Source of the DNA: Ichthyobacteriaceae bacterium
GTDB lineage: Bacteria; Bacteroidota; Bacteroidia; Flavobacteriales; JADGDT01
Assembly (NCBI GenBank): GCA_016744755.1
Contig: JADGDT010000005.1
Span: forward strand, 9,691-66,048
Reading direction: 5' to 3'
Length of the DNA: 56,358 nucleotides
How positions within the stretch are numbered: position 1 is the stretch's first letter; the number at the start of each line of letters is the position of its first letter. Made by a program: the position numbers and the translations under genes. Below, piece after piece: positions 27,634-37,856 of the stretch. The notes beneath the pieces were generated by a model. That model made no database searches, was not told the DNA's origin, and worked only from the letters and a program-made list of their open reading frames with translations.

Positions 27634-29049
27634 TTATTTTTTTCTTAAATATTTATCAATTGCTATTGCTGCATCTCTACCTTCCGATAAGGCCCAAACT
27701 ACCAACGATTGTCCTCTACGAGCATCGCCTGCTGCAAAGAATTTTTCTTTTGAAGTTTTATAGTCTTTTTGTGATGCAGAAATATTTTTTCTATCAGTAA
27801 GTACTACACCACTATCGGCAACAATGCCTTCTACAACAGGCGATAAAAATCCTGCTGCTAAGAATACTAAATCGTACTCTTCAATTTTAGAAGTTCCTTC
27901 AACCGCTTCAAAAGTTCTTCTTCCATCTTTAGTTAGCCATTTTACTTCTTGCATTTCAACAGCTTCTAATTTACCGTTTCCAATAAATTTAGTTGTTTGA
28001 ATATTCCAATCTCTATTTCCTCCTTCTTTCTGCGAAGTAGAAGTTTTAAGAGTGAAAGAATACTCAGGCCAAGGATTTGTAGCTTCTCTTTCGTTTGCAG
28101 GCTTAGGTACAATATCTATTTGTGTAACCTTACTTGCTCCTTGTCTTATAGCTGTTCCTAAACAATCTGATCCTGTATCGCCACCACCAATTACTAAAAC
28201 TTTTTTATCCTTAGCATCAATAGTAAGTTTTTTTATTTCTCCTGATTCAAGTTGATTAGACTCTCTAAGGTATTCCATTGCAAAATATACACCATCCAAA
28301 TCACGACCTTCAATCGGTAAATCTCTAGGTACTTGAGCTCCAATAGTGAATAAAACAGCATCGTAACTATTATCTAAATCAGCCAGTTTTATATCTTTAC
28401 CAACTTCGGTAGAAGTAATAAATTGTACGCCCGCTTCTTTCATTACCTCAACACGACGCTCAATTACTTTTTTCTCTAATTTAAAATCAGGAATTCCATA
28501 ACGTAGTAAACCTCCAACAAATTTATCTTTTTCGTAAACTGTTACTGAGTGTCCTAGGCTAGAAAGTCTATCGGCAGCAGCCATACCTGCCGGCCCACCG
28601 CCAATTACTGCAACATTGTATTCAGATGCATCTACTTCATCAGCAGGTTTTACCCAACCGTTTTCGTAGGCTGTTTCAACAATTCTTTTCTCTATTTGTT
28701 TAATACTTACCGCATCGCGATTTATACTTAACACACAAGCCGACTCGCATGGTGCTGGACAAACTCTACCTGTAAATTCAGGAAAAGAATTTGTATCGAA
28801 TAGATATTGTGCTGCTGTTTCCCAATCTTCTCGTGCTACTGCATCGTTAAAATCAGGTATAACATTCCCCAGTGGACATCCACTATGGCAAAACGGCACA
28901 CCACAATCCATACAACGTGTTGCTTGTTCTTTTAATTCTTCTTTAGATAGAGGAATAGTAAATTCTTTGAAATTCTGAATACGACTTACCTTATCCTGGT
29001 AAGATTCGTCTTTTCTTTCAGTTGTTAGATATGCTCCTATTACTCCCAT
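27634..29049 (-). CDS. gltD: Glutamate synthase small subunit
   Basis: RCMDCGVPFCH..CP, GRVCPAPCE, GGGPAG, GGGDTG, GDARRGQSLVVWA. Confidence 0.97.
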   Translation of the reverse strand: MGVIGAYLTTERKDESYQDKVSRIQNFKEFTIPLSKEELKEQATRCMDCGVPFCHSGCPLGNVIPDFNDAVAREDWETAAQYLFDTNSFPEFTGRVCPAPCESACVLSINRDAVSIKQIEKRIVETAYENGWVKPADEVDASEYNVAVIGGGPAGMAAADRLSSLGHSVTVYEKDKFVGGLLRYGIPDFKLEKKVIERRVEVMKEAGVQFITSTEVGKDIKLADLDNSYDAVLFTIGAQVPRDLPIEGRDLDGVYFAMEYLRESNQLESGEIKKLTIDAKDKKVLVIGGGDTGSDCLGTAIRQGASKVTQIDIVPKPANEREATNPWPEYSFTLKTSTSQKEGGNRDWNIQTTKFIGNGKLEAVEMQEVKWLTKDGRRTFEAVEGTSKIEEYDLVFLAAGFLSPVVEGIVADSGVVLTDRKNISASQKDYKTSKEKFFAAGDARRGQSLVVWALSEGRDAAIAIDKYLRKK

Positions 29050-29050
29050 C

Positions 29051-32000
29051 TTATTTATTTTGATTTGCTAATTTCTCTTCTTCCAAAACTCTCTTGTAAT
29101 CCGTTGGCATTACTTTCTTAAATAGTTTTATTTCTTCATCAAAACTATCTAAGAAATCTTGTGCTTTAGGGCTACCAGTAAGCTCTAGATGCTTAACAGC
29201 CTCATCTTTTACATAAGACATATCATCAGCAGTTAAATCTTCTAATTCTACATCAGCAGGATTTAATCGTCTTTCTAACTTGTCGTATTTATCGTAGATG
29301 TAAGCAATACCACCTGTCATACCAGCAGCAAAGTTTCTTCCTGTTCTACCAAGTACAATAACTCTACCTCCTGTCATATACTCACAACCGTGAGCACCAA
29401 CGCCTTCTACAAAAATATTTACACCAGAGTTACGTACTGCAAAACGTTCTCCTGCAGGACCAGCAATGTATGCACTACCATTAATAGCACCGTAAAAAGC
29501 AACGTTACCAATAGTTATTTCGTTATCGTCGCGAGTGTAAGAGTAGGGTTTAATTACCAAATTAGCTCCCGAAAGACCTTTACCAACATAATCATTTGCT
29601 TCTCCACAAAGATTAAGTGTAAGACCTTTAATTGCAAATGCTCCAAAACTTTGTCCTATTGAACCTTTAAATCTTAAATTAATTGGAGTAGAAGATCCTT
29701 CTTTCCCAAATTGATGATAAAGTTCGTGAGATAAATAAGTACCAACTGCTCTGTCTGTATTAACTACATCAAAAACTTCGTCAATTGCTTTGTTAGCAAT
29801 AACATCAGACTTAATTTTTTTCCAAATAATTCTATCAAGATTATCGTTAGATTGGTGAATTTCACTAACCTGTTCTTGGAACTTTGGATAAGATTCAAGC
29901 ATAACACTCAAATCAACTCTACTGTGTTTCCAGTGGTTAAATTCTTTTTTCTGACGTAACACTTGAGCTTGTCCAACCATTTCTTCAACAGTTCTAAATC
30001 CTAGCATAGCCATGTGCTCACGCATATCGTTTGCCAAGAAAGTAAAGAAGTTTACAAGGTGTTCTACCTTACCGCTAAACATTTTTCTAAGCTCTGGACG
30101 TTGTGTTGCAATACCTACAGAACATGTGTTGTTATGGCATTTACGTTGCATAACACAACCTTCTACAACAAGTGCTGCAGTAGCAATACCCCATTCTTCG
30201 GCACCTAGTAAAGTTGCTATAGCTAAATCTCTACCTGTACGTATCTGACCATCGGTTTGAAGAACAATTCTTTTTCTTAATTCATTTTTTACAAGAGTCT
30301 GATGAGTTTCAGACAATCCCATCTCCCAAGGTAAACCTGCGTGATAAATAGAACTAAGTGGTGCTGCACCTGTACCTCCGTCAAATCCTGAAACTAAAAT
30401 TGCTTCGGCCTGTGCTTTTGCTACTCCTGCAGCTACTGTACCTACACCTGCTTCCGAAACAAGTTTTACGTTGATACGTGCTTTAGGATTTGAGTTTTTA
30501 AGATCGTAAATAAGCTGAGCCAAATCCTCAATAGAATAAATATCATGGTGAGGCGGAGGAGAAATTAATCCTACTCCTTTTGTAGAGTTACGAGTATCGG
30601 CAATCCACTGGTCAACTTTGTGTCCTGGTAAGTGCCCACCTTCTCCTGGCTTTGCTCCCTGTGCAACTTTAATTTGTAATTCTATAGCTTGATTTAAGTA
30701 TTCTATTGATACTCCAAATCTACCTGATGCTATTTGTTTTGTTTCCGATCTTGCCGATATTTCTCCTTCGGCAGTAGTATATCTTCTTGGATCTTCTCCT
30801 CCTTCTCCACTATTAGATTTACCTCCAATGGCATTCATTGCCATAGCAAGTGTAGTGTGGGCTTCGTAGGAAATAGAACCGAAAGACATTGCACCTGTAA
30901 CAAAACGTTTAAGTATGTTTTCTACCGGTTCAACTTCATCAATAGATATTGAATTGCGTTGTCTGAATTCTAATAAACTACGAAGAGTAATTGATCCTTT
31001 ATCTGTTTGATCGTTTATTAAATCGGCATATTCTTTATAAATACCTAAATCGTTAAGTTTAGATGATTTTTGAAGTTTGGCGATAACCTCAGGAGTAAAC
31101 ATATGACTTTCTCCTTCTTTACGCCATGCATAAACTCCACCTAAAGGAAGTTTGAATTTCATTTTAGGATTATAAGCTTGGTTGTGCTTGTTTAATACTT
31201 CACGACCAATATCATCATAAGTTAATCCTTGAATTCTGCTAACCGTTCCTGCAAATGAATTTTCAACTACTTCTGATGATAAACCAAGAATCTCGAAAAT
31301 TTGAGCTCCGTGGTAAGACTGTAAAGTAGAGATTCCCATTTTAGCAAAAATCTTTAATAGACCTGCATTAATAGATTTTATAAAATTTTCTCTACGTATA
31401 GGGAAATCTATTTCAACATTTAAGTGTTTAATACTTGCAAAGGCTAGGTAAGGATTTATTGCCGTGGCTCCATATCCTATTAATGTAGCAAAATGGTGAG
31501 TTTCAAAAACATCAGCAGCTTCAATTACTAACCCTACACGCACACGGTTTCTGTTACGAACTAGGTGGTGGTGAATAGTTCCTAATGCTAATAAAGAAGG
31601 AATAGATGCATAATTGGCATTCGCTTTTCTATCAGATAAAATTAGCAGGTTTGCTTCTTCATCTAAAATAGCTTCATCACATTGCTTGCAAATATCATCA
31701 AGGGCACTTTTTAATGCGTCTTTTTCTCCTGTATTCTTGAATACAATATCTATAACCTTAACTCTAAAATCAGTTGGGGGAAGATTTTTAATTCTTTCTA
31801 ATTCCTCGTTTGTTAGTATTGGGTGGTCTAACGAAATTTGCTTACAGTGACGTGGTGACTCTGAAAGAATATTATATGTTTTTCCTATACTTGTATTCAA
31901 TGCCATTACCGATTTCTCACGAATAGGATCAATAGGAGGATTGGATACTTGAGCAAATAATTGCTTAAAATAGTGACTTAAATGAGGATTTTTTTCTGAT

Positions 32001-33517
32001 AAAACTGCTAGAGGAATATCGCTACCCATTGAGCCAATTGGCTCGTGAGCATCAACACTCATAGGCTTTAGTATTCTCTCTAAAACTTCTCTAGTGTATC
32101 CATTTGCAACCTGACGGTGTTTTAATTCTTCTTCAGAAATGAATATCAAACCTTCTTCGGCATGTTTTAAATCATTTATATGTTTTTCGTTTACCTCTAG
32201 CCATTTTGTATAAGGTTTTCTGCTAGATAAATCGTGCTTAATTTCTTCATCTTCAAGAATACGACCTTTTTTGAAATCTACTAAGAAAAGTTTACCTGCT
32301 TGTAAACGTCCTCTTTTTAAAACTTCAGAATCGTCAATTTTTAATGTTCCAGCTTCACTTGCCAAAATAACGTGATTGTCTTTTGTTATCGTGTAACGAG
32401 AAGGGCGTAATCCGTTTCTATCTAAAGTAGCTCCTATTGAGTTACCATCGGTAAAACTTAAAGAAGCAGGACCATCCCAAGGCTCCATAATAGAAGCATG
32501 GTATTGATAGAATGCTTTTAAATCAGCATCCATTTTTTCATCTTTTTGCCATGCTTCAGGAATAAGCATCATCATTACGTGTGATAATGATCGTCCACCT
32601 AAAACCAAAAGCTCAACTATATTATCTAGATTTGCAGAATCTGAATTTTCTGGATTTACAATTGGCTTAATCATCTCTAATTCTTCTCTTGTAAATAAAG
32701 AAGACTCTAGAAGATTTTGATAAGATTTCATCCAGTTTACGTTACCCTTAATGGTGTTAATTTCTCCATTATGAGCAATGTAGCGGAAAGGCTGAGCCAA
32801 TTTCCACTTTGGGAAAGTATTTGTTGAAAAACGAGAATGAACCATGGCAAAACCAGCTTCCATCTTACTATTTCTCAAATCATCGTAATACTCTGTTAAC
32901 TGCGGAGTAGTAAATTGTCCTTTAAACCCAAGCACTTTAGAAGAGAAAGAAGTTACATAAAACTCACCGTCCTCTAAATCTACTTGTCTTCCAATTTCGT
33001 GAGCAGAAGATTTACGCAAAACAAATAATTTACGTTCTAGTGCATCTTGGTCAATATCTTCTTTGGCATCTACAAAGACCTGAACAATTTGTGGCTCGGT
33101 ACCTATAGCTGCTTTTCCTAAAGTTGAATTATCAACAGGCACATCTCTATAACCCAATAGAACTAATCCAGTTTTGTTGATGTACTCATTTAGTATATTT
33201 CTACACTGTTGGCGTTTAAATTTGTCGGATGGAAAAAATACCATTCCTACACCATACTTACCTTTACTTGGTAATTCTATACCTAGTGTGTGTGATTGTT
33301 TTTCGAAAAATGTGTGAGGTAATTGAATTAAGATTCCAGCTCCATCTCCTGATTGTTCATCAACAGACTGTCCTCCTCTGTGCTCCATATTTTCTAACAT
33401 GGTTAGAGCACTAGTTATTATCTTATTTGACGGCTTTGCCTTTAGATGAGAAATAAATCCTATACCACATGCATCATGCTCCATTTCTGGTAGATACATT
33501 CCAAAACGTTTACTCAT
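29051..33517 (-). CDS. gltB: Glutamate synthase large subunit
   Basis: HDA|CGIG Ntn cysteine, HSRFSTNT, EPWDGPA, AQGAKPGEGG, C....C....C Fe-S motif, GXGXG C-terminal domain. Confidence 0.99.
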   Translation of the reverse strand: MSKRFGMYLPEMEHDACGIGFISHLKAKPSNKIITSALTMLENMEHRGGQSVDEQSGDGAGILIQLPHTFFEKQSHTLGIELPSKGKYGVGMVFFPSDKFKRQQCRNILNEYINKTGLVLLGYRDVPVDNSTLGKAAIGTEPQIVQVFVDAKEDIDQDALERKLFVLRKSSAHEIGRQVDLEDGEFYVTSFSSKVLGFKGQFTTPQLTEYYDDLRNSKMEAGFAMVHSRFSTNTFPKWKLAQPFRYIAHNGEINTIKGNVNWMKSYQNLLESSLFTREELEMIKPIVNPENSDSANLDNIVELLVLGGRSLSHVMMMLIPEAWQKDEKMDADLKAFYQYHASIMEPWDGPASLSFTDGNSIGATLDRNGLRPSRYTITKDNHVILASEAGTLKIDDSEVLKRGRLQAGKLFLVDFKKGRILEDEEIKHDLSSRKPYTKWLEVNEKHINDLKHAEEGLIFISEEELKHRQVANGYTREVLERILKPMSVDAHEPIGSMGSDIPLAVLSEKNPHLSHYFKQLFAQVSNPPIDPIREKSVMALNTSIGKTYNILSESPRHCKQISLDHPILTNEELERIKNLPPTDFRVKVIDIVFKNTGEKDALKSALDDICKQCDEAILDEEANLLILSDRKANANYASIPSLLALGTIHHHLVRNRNRVRVGLVIEAADVFETHHFATLIGYGATAINPYLAFASIKHLNVEIDFPIRRENFIKSINAGLLKIFAKMGISTLQSYHGAQIFEILGLSSEVVENSFAGTVSRIQGLTYDDIGREVLNKHNQAYNPKMKFKLPLGGVYAWRKEGESHMFTPEVIAKLQKSSKLNDLGIYKEYADLINDQTDKGSITLRSLLEFRQRNSISIDEVEPVENILKRFVTGAMSFGSISYEAHTTLAMAMNAIGGKSNSGEGGEDPRRYTTAEGEISARSETKQIASGRFGVSIEYLNQAIELQIKVAQGAKPGEGGHLPGHKVDQWIADTRNSTKGVGLISPPPHHDIYSIEDLAQLIYDLKNSNPKARINVKLVSEAGVGTVAAGVAKAQAEAILVSGFDGGTGAAPLSSIYHAGLPWEMGLSETHQTLVKNELRKRIVLQTDGQIRTGRDLAIATLLGAEEWGIATAALVVEGCVMQRKCHNNTCSVGIATQRPELRKMFSGKVEHLVNFFTFLANDMREHMAMLGFRTVEEMVGQAQVLRQKKEFNHWKHSRVDLSVMLESYPKFQEQVSEIHQSNDNLDRIIWKKIKSDVIANKAIDEVFDVVNTDRAVGTYLSHELYHQFGKEGSSTPINLRFKGSIGQSFGAFAIKGLTLNLCGEANDYVGKGLSGANLVIKPYSYTRDDNEITIGNVAFYGAINGSAYIAGPAGERFAVRNSGVNIFVEGVGAHGCEYMTGGRVIVLGRTGRNFAAGMTGGIAYIYDKYDKLERRLNPADVELEDLTADDMSYVKDEAVKHLELTGSPKAQDFLDSFDEEIKLFKKVMPTDYKRVLEEEKLANQNK

Positions 33518-33950
33518 AGCAATAATATTTTATTGAAATTGTGAATTACCAATATAAAATGTGTGTGTATTTTAATGAAGTGTAAGTAAAAATACTTATA
33601 TATATGATAATATAATACTTTATAGCGACGTGAATATATACCTATAATTTAGAGTCTACAACTTTGACTGGACTTTTTAACTTATTTCAGAATTAGTAAG
33701 TGTATTTTTGACAATTTGTCAATTATGCTTGTGAAATATTGAGAAATACATATCCATAAAAATATTTTTACTTGACAATCTATTGGGTTTTATGGGGATG
33801 TAAAAGATATATCAACTTATAATTTGAAAGTGTATCGACAACAATAGGGGGTGTTTGGTTATATACTGTTATTTTTGGCATTACGTAGAAAATATGTCTT
33901 ATCTACTAGCATATACTATACTGGTAATGATAGTTTAGAGGTTAAGAAAA

Positions 33951-34733
33951 CTAAGCATTTGCAAGGTCTTCCTTGACCATCTGAGTCAACTCTAAAGGAG
34001 ATGTTTTAACTGTAATTTTCCCCTCTCTAACATGAGATATTTTTCCTGTTTCTTCTGATACCACCAAACAAACAGCATCTGTGTTTTCTGTGATTCCAAG
34101 AGCTGCACGGTGGCGTAAACCAAGATGCAGAGGAATGTTTTGAGAGTTTGATACAGGTAAAATAACTCTAGTAGCCATTATTTGGTTTTTAGAAATAACA
34201 ACTGCTCCATCGTGCAAAGGTGAGTTTTTGTAAAAAATACTTTCGAGCAAAGGTTTGTTTACCTCAGCATTCATTTTATCTCCTGAATTATTAAATAAAA
34301 ATTCAAGTTTATTAGTTCTTTCTATGACTATTAATACACCTGTTTTTGTCTTTGCCATGGATACACATGCCGTAACTATAGAATCAATATCAGTTTTTAG
34401 AATCTGCTCTTCCTTGAAAAAACGCAATTGTTTAAAAACACTACTCCTAGATCGTAGATTTGAAGACCCTATAAATAGAAGAAATTTACGTATTTCTTGC
34501 TGGAACACAATAACAATGGCCAAAACGCCAAGACCAATAAACTGTCCAAGAATTTCGCTTAACATTTCCATCTGAAGAGCTTTTACAATTTGCCACACTA
34601 GGTAAATTGCCATTACTCCTATAAAAATATTAATAGCCACAGTACCTCTTGCTAACTTGTACAATTGGTACATGAAGAAAGCAACTAAAAGTATATCAAG
34701 AAAATCGAGGATTCTAAATTCTAAAAAATTCAA
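33951..34733 (-). CDS. dacA: Diadenylate cyclase (CdaA/DacA)
   Basis: 3 TM segments, FQQEIRKFL, HDGA and RHRAA catalytic motifs, VSEETG; TTG start. Confidence 0.93.
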   Translation of the reverse strand: MNFLEFRILDFLDILLVAFFMYQLYKLARGTVAINIFIGVMAIYLVWQIVKALQMEMLSEILGQFIGLGVLAIVIVFQQEIRKFLLFIGSSNLRSRSSVFKQLRFFKEEQILKTDIDSIVTACVSMAKTKTGVLIVIERTNKLEFLFNNSGDKMNAEVNKPLLESIFYKNSPLHDGAVVISKNQIMATRVILPVSNSQNIPLHLGLRHRAALGITENTDAVCLVVSEETGKISHVREGKITVKTSPLELTQMVKEDLANA

Positions 34734-34797
34734 ACTACAGGATAATTATTGTTGAGAGTAAAAGTATGAATATTAATTAATATTTGCTGATTAAGAA

Positions 34798-35637
34798 TTA
34801 ATAATTGTAATTCAATATTTTTTGAGTTAGTAAAATGGCTTGCTTTGCTTCCTTTACATCGTGAACTCTCAGTATATTTGTTCCCTTGATTAAAGCAACG
34901 GTATTCAAGATACTTGTCCCATTTAGTGCTTCATCAGGGTTTATACCAAGTACTTTGTTAATCATCGATTTTCGTGAAACTCCTGTGAGTGTAGGTAAAC
35001 CTATATTTTGTAGCAACTCAAACTTATTCAATATTTCGTAATTGTGATCTAATGTTTTCCCAAATCCAAATCCTGGGTCCAAAATAATATCCCTTACATT
35101 AAGCTGTCTCAATCTATTTACCTTTTCAGAAAAGTATTTTGTCATTTCCAGAATTACATCATCGTACACAGGATTATTTTGCATAGTCTGCGGATTTCCT
35201 TTCATGTGCATAGCTATGTATGGAACATCAATTTCAGCAATTAATTCAAACATTTTATCATCCATTTCTCCTGCCGAAATATCATTGATAATTCCTGCTC
35301 CATATCTTATAGACTCTTCGGCAACACTTGCTCTAAAAGTATCTATTGATATTGGTAGAGATGGAAAGTTTTCGCTGATGATTTTAATAATTGGTACAAC
35401 TCTTTCTATTTCTTCTCTTGCAGAAACTTCTTTAGCTCCAGGTCTTGATGAGTAACCTCCTATGTCCACAATATCCATTCCTTCAGCAATCATTGCTTCA
35501 ATTTTAACAATAATTCCTTGCTCAGAAAATACACTTTTTTTGTAAAAGGAATCGGGAGTTATATTTAAGATACCCATTACTTTTGGGCTTGATAGGTCTA
35601 TCAAATTACCTTTAACGTTGATTGTACTTTTTGTCAT
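34798..35637 (-). CDS. folP: Dihydropteroate synthase
   Basis: MGILNITPDSF, SSRPG, DPGFGFGK, SRKS, RVHDV; -7 box at 35659-35666. Confidence 0.97.
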   Translation of the reverse strand: MTKSTINVKGNLIDLSSPKVMGILNITPDSFYKKSVFSEQGIIVKIEAMIAEGMDIVDIGGYSSRPGAKEVSAREEIERVVPIIKIISENFPSLPISIDTFRASVAEESIRYGAGIINDISAGEMDDKMFELIAEIDVPYIAMHMKGNPQTMQNNPVYDDVILEMTKYFSEKVNRLRQLNVRDIILDPGFGFGKTLDHNYEILNKFELLQNIGLPTLTGVSRKSMINKVLGINPDEALNGTSILNTVALIKGTNILRVHDVKEAKQAILLTQKILNYNY

Positions 35638-35687
35638 TTTATCGAAAATTTAACTATGCAAAAGTAGGATAAATATTGTGTATTAGG

Positions 35688-36368
35688 TTAAATAATAAGA
35701 TTATCAATTCTACTTTTAATACCACTATTTTTCATTTCATTTTCAATTAAGTAGAACTCATTTTTATTTACACTTTTAGCAATTGTTCCATTTTTTAAGT
35801 AGTGTAGGTTATCACAAGTTTCATTTAGGGCAGAGAAGATATGAGATGAAATAATTATAGTTTTATTTAACTCTTTTAGCTTTTCTAATATTTCTTTTAT
35901 AATTATATTACTATGAATATCAACACCATTAAATGGCTCGTCTAAAATAAAGACTTCATTATTTTGAAGAAGCACTCCTGTTAGCGCTAGCTTCTTCTTC
36001 ATCCCTGTAGAATATGTTTCGCAATATTGTTTTAGAGGTAAGTCGAAAATATTTTTTTCATCAAAGTCTTTAATTTTTATATCTCTAGCATTGCATAGTA
36101 ATTGCAAATACTCTTTGCCTGTAATTTTAGAAATGAAATCGGGATTGGTAGCTAGGAAACCTACTGTATTTTTAAGAATCTCTCCTTTATAAATAACACT
36201 GCCGTTGTAATCTTCTAGTCCAGCAATACACTTAAATATAGTTGTTTTTCCTGCTCCATTTTCTCCAACAATACCACTAATTTCACCTTGCTTAAAGTGT
36301 AAATTTATGTCGTTTAAAACCTTGTTGTCGATATAAGATTTTGAAAGAGATTTAATTATTAGACTCAT
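35688..36368 (-). CDS. ABC transporter ATP-binding protein
   Basis: GENGAGKT, YSTGMKKK, ILDEP, SSH. Confidence 0.93.
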   Translation of the reverse strand: MSLIIKSLSKSYIDNKVLNDINLHFKQGEISGIVGENGAGKTTIFKCIAGLEDYNGSVIYKGEILKNTVGFLATNPDFISKITGKEYLQLLCNARDIKIKDFDEKNIFDLPLKQYCETYSTGMKKKLALTGVLLQNNEVFILDEPFNGVDIHSNIIIKEILEKLKELNKTIIISSHIFSALNETCDNLHYLKNGTIAKSVNKNEFYLIENEMKNSGIKSRIDNLII

Positions 36369-37282
36369 TTAAGTAGCTTTTTTAAATTTTGGTTTGATTT
36401 GAAATAAAAGTATGGCAAAACAAATATTATCAAAGGAGGAAATCCTATGCACGAAATAAGAAGCAATAATTGTATTGGAGTTTCTGATGGATAGAAACTG
36501 TATTTTCCTAGTATAGCTGTTACAAGTATAAATAATGCGAGTATGCTAATAGTTGCTATAATATCGTAATTATTAGAAGGAAAAAATATTAAGAGAGATA
36601 TGATAATAGGAAACCCAAGAGCTAAACTAAATATGATGGCGGTTTTAATTTTACGATAAAGAAATTCAGATGGATTAGATGAGTGTATCCAAACGAAAAA
36701 AGGGGGTTCTGGTTTGGTGTAGAAACTCAGAGGAGTTAGCAGTACAATAATTAACGAAAATAATGCTAAGTTGAAATTTTGTACAGTAATAGCCATATAG
36801 GTAATGAAGTAGGATATAGGAAATAGCCAAAATGTATTTCTGAAACCAACTATAAATTCAAAAGGTTTTCTATGAAAAGGAGTAGGGATCACAAAACTTA
36901 AAGAAGCAATATTATTGAATTGAGAAATTGCTAAAGCAATAAATATAAAAATAACGCTATTGATATAAATATTTTTAAAAAGCATAAATACAAAAAATGG
37001 AATAGCCAAAATTAGATTTTCAATTAGCCGCAGTTTCTTATATTTAAAATTGTTGAATATGTTTTTGAGAAAATCATTTCTTTTTTTACCACTTAGTTTT
37101 CCAAAGAAAAACAAACTAAGTATTGGGTATATTATTTTTGCATTCTCAACTTTATCAAATAATAAATTGGAGGCAAAAATAAATATTGAAAAACCAATAA
37201 ACACTCCAATTAATGGATTGAATCCTGTGGAATCAATTATTCTATATAGCCTTTTGTATTGTAGTTTAAAGTAATATTTCAT
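36365..37282 (-). CDS. ABC transporter permease-like membrane protein
   Basis: Multiple TM segments, PTPF...PFEFIVGFR; 4-bp overlap with the ATPase gene. Confidence 0.8.
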   Translation of the reverse strand: MKYYFKLQYKRLYRIIDSTGFNPLIGVFIGFSIFIFASNLLFDKVENAKIIYPILSLFFFGKLSGKKRNDFLKNIFNNFKYKKLRLIENLILAIPFFVFMLFKNIYINSVIFIFIALAISQFNNIASLSFVIPTPFHRKPFEFIVGFRNTFWLFPISYFITYMAITVQNFNLALFSLIIVLLTPLSFYTKPEPPFFVWIHSSNPSEFLYRKIKTAIIFSLALGFPIIISLLIFFPSNNYDIIATISILALFILVTAILGKYSFYPSETPIQLLLLISCIGFPPLIIFVLPYFYFKSNQNLKKLLK

Positions 37283-37303
37283 GAAACGATACTTGATATG
37301 AAT

Positions 37304-37374
37304 CTATAACACAAAGTAGTTGGTTTTATTGTTCTGTGAGTCAGTCAATAACGGTACTACCGCTAATGTTGTGG
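37304..37374 (-). mobile_element. attC-like cassette recombination site (candidate)
   Basis: Minus strand CCACAAC...GTTATAG enclosing an imperfect palindrome (gtagt/actac, ttattg/caataa, ctg/cag), ending 22 nt before the ATG. Confidence 0.4.
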
Positions 37375-37562
37375 AAATTTGAATAAATTATATCCTTAAG
37401 AAAATAAAAGATTAAGGGTTTAAAGGATTACTGTACCTAATTATATTTACTCTGTAATACCCTAGTTTATAATCTAATTTTCAGTCTACTATTTTATTTT
37501 CCACACAAATCAGGGAGAACCATAATAGCTAACGACAACAAGCCTACAATACCAAAATGATT

Positions 37563-37793
37563 CTACTTGTCGTAAACGATTAAATCTCTAATAAAATCTA
37601 TTTCTACTTCGTTTGTAACACCGTTATCTTCCATCAAAATTAAATCCTCGTTATACTCACCAATCTTGAACTGTTTAACAATCCCTTTGATGGTATCGAA
37701 ATCAAAAGTTGTTATTTCAATTTCTGTAGTCGTTGATTCTTTAGCTATATTTTTTAATACTTCTACCCTATTTTCTTTTGGTATATTTTTCAT
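37563..37793 (-). CDS. Small hypothetical protein (76 aa)
   Basis: ATG start, intergenic position, protein-like composition; no motif recognised. Confidence 0.6.
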   Translation of the reverse strand: MKNIPKENRVEVLKNIAKESTTTEIEITTFDFDTIKGIVKQFKIGEYNEDLILMEDNGVTNEVEIDFIRDLIVYDK

Positions 37794-37856
37794 TTATCTG
37801 TAGTTAAATGTTGAGAAACAAAATATTATTTAAAAAGATCAAATCTAATTACAAAA

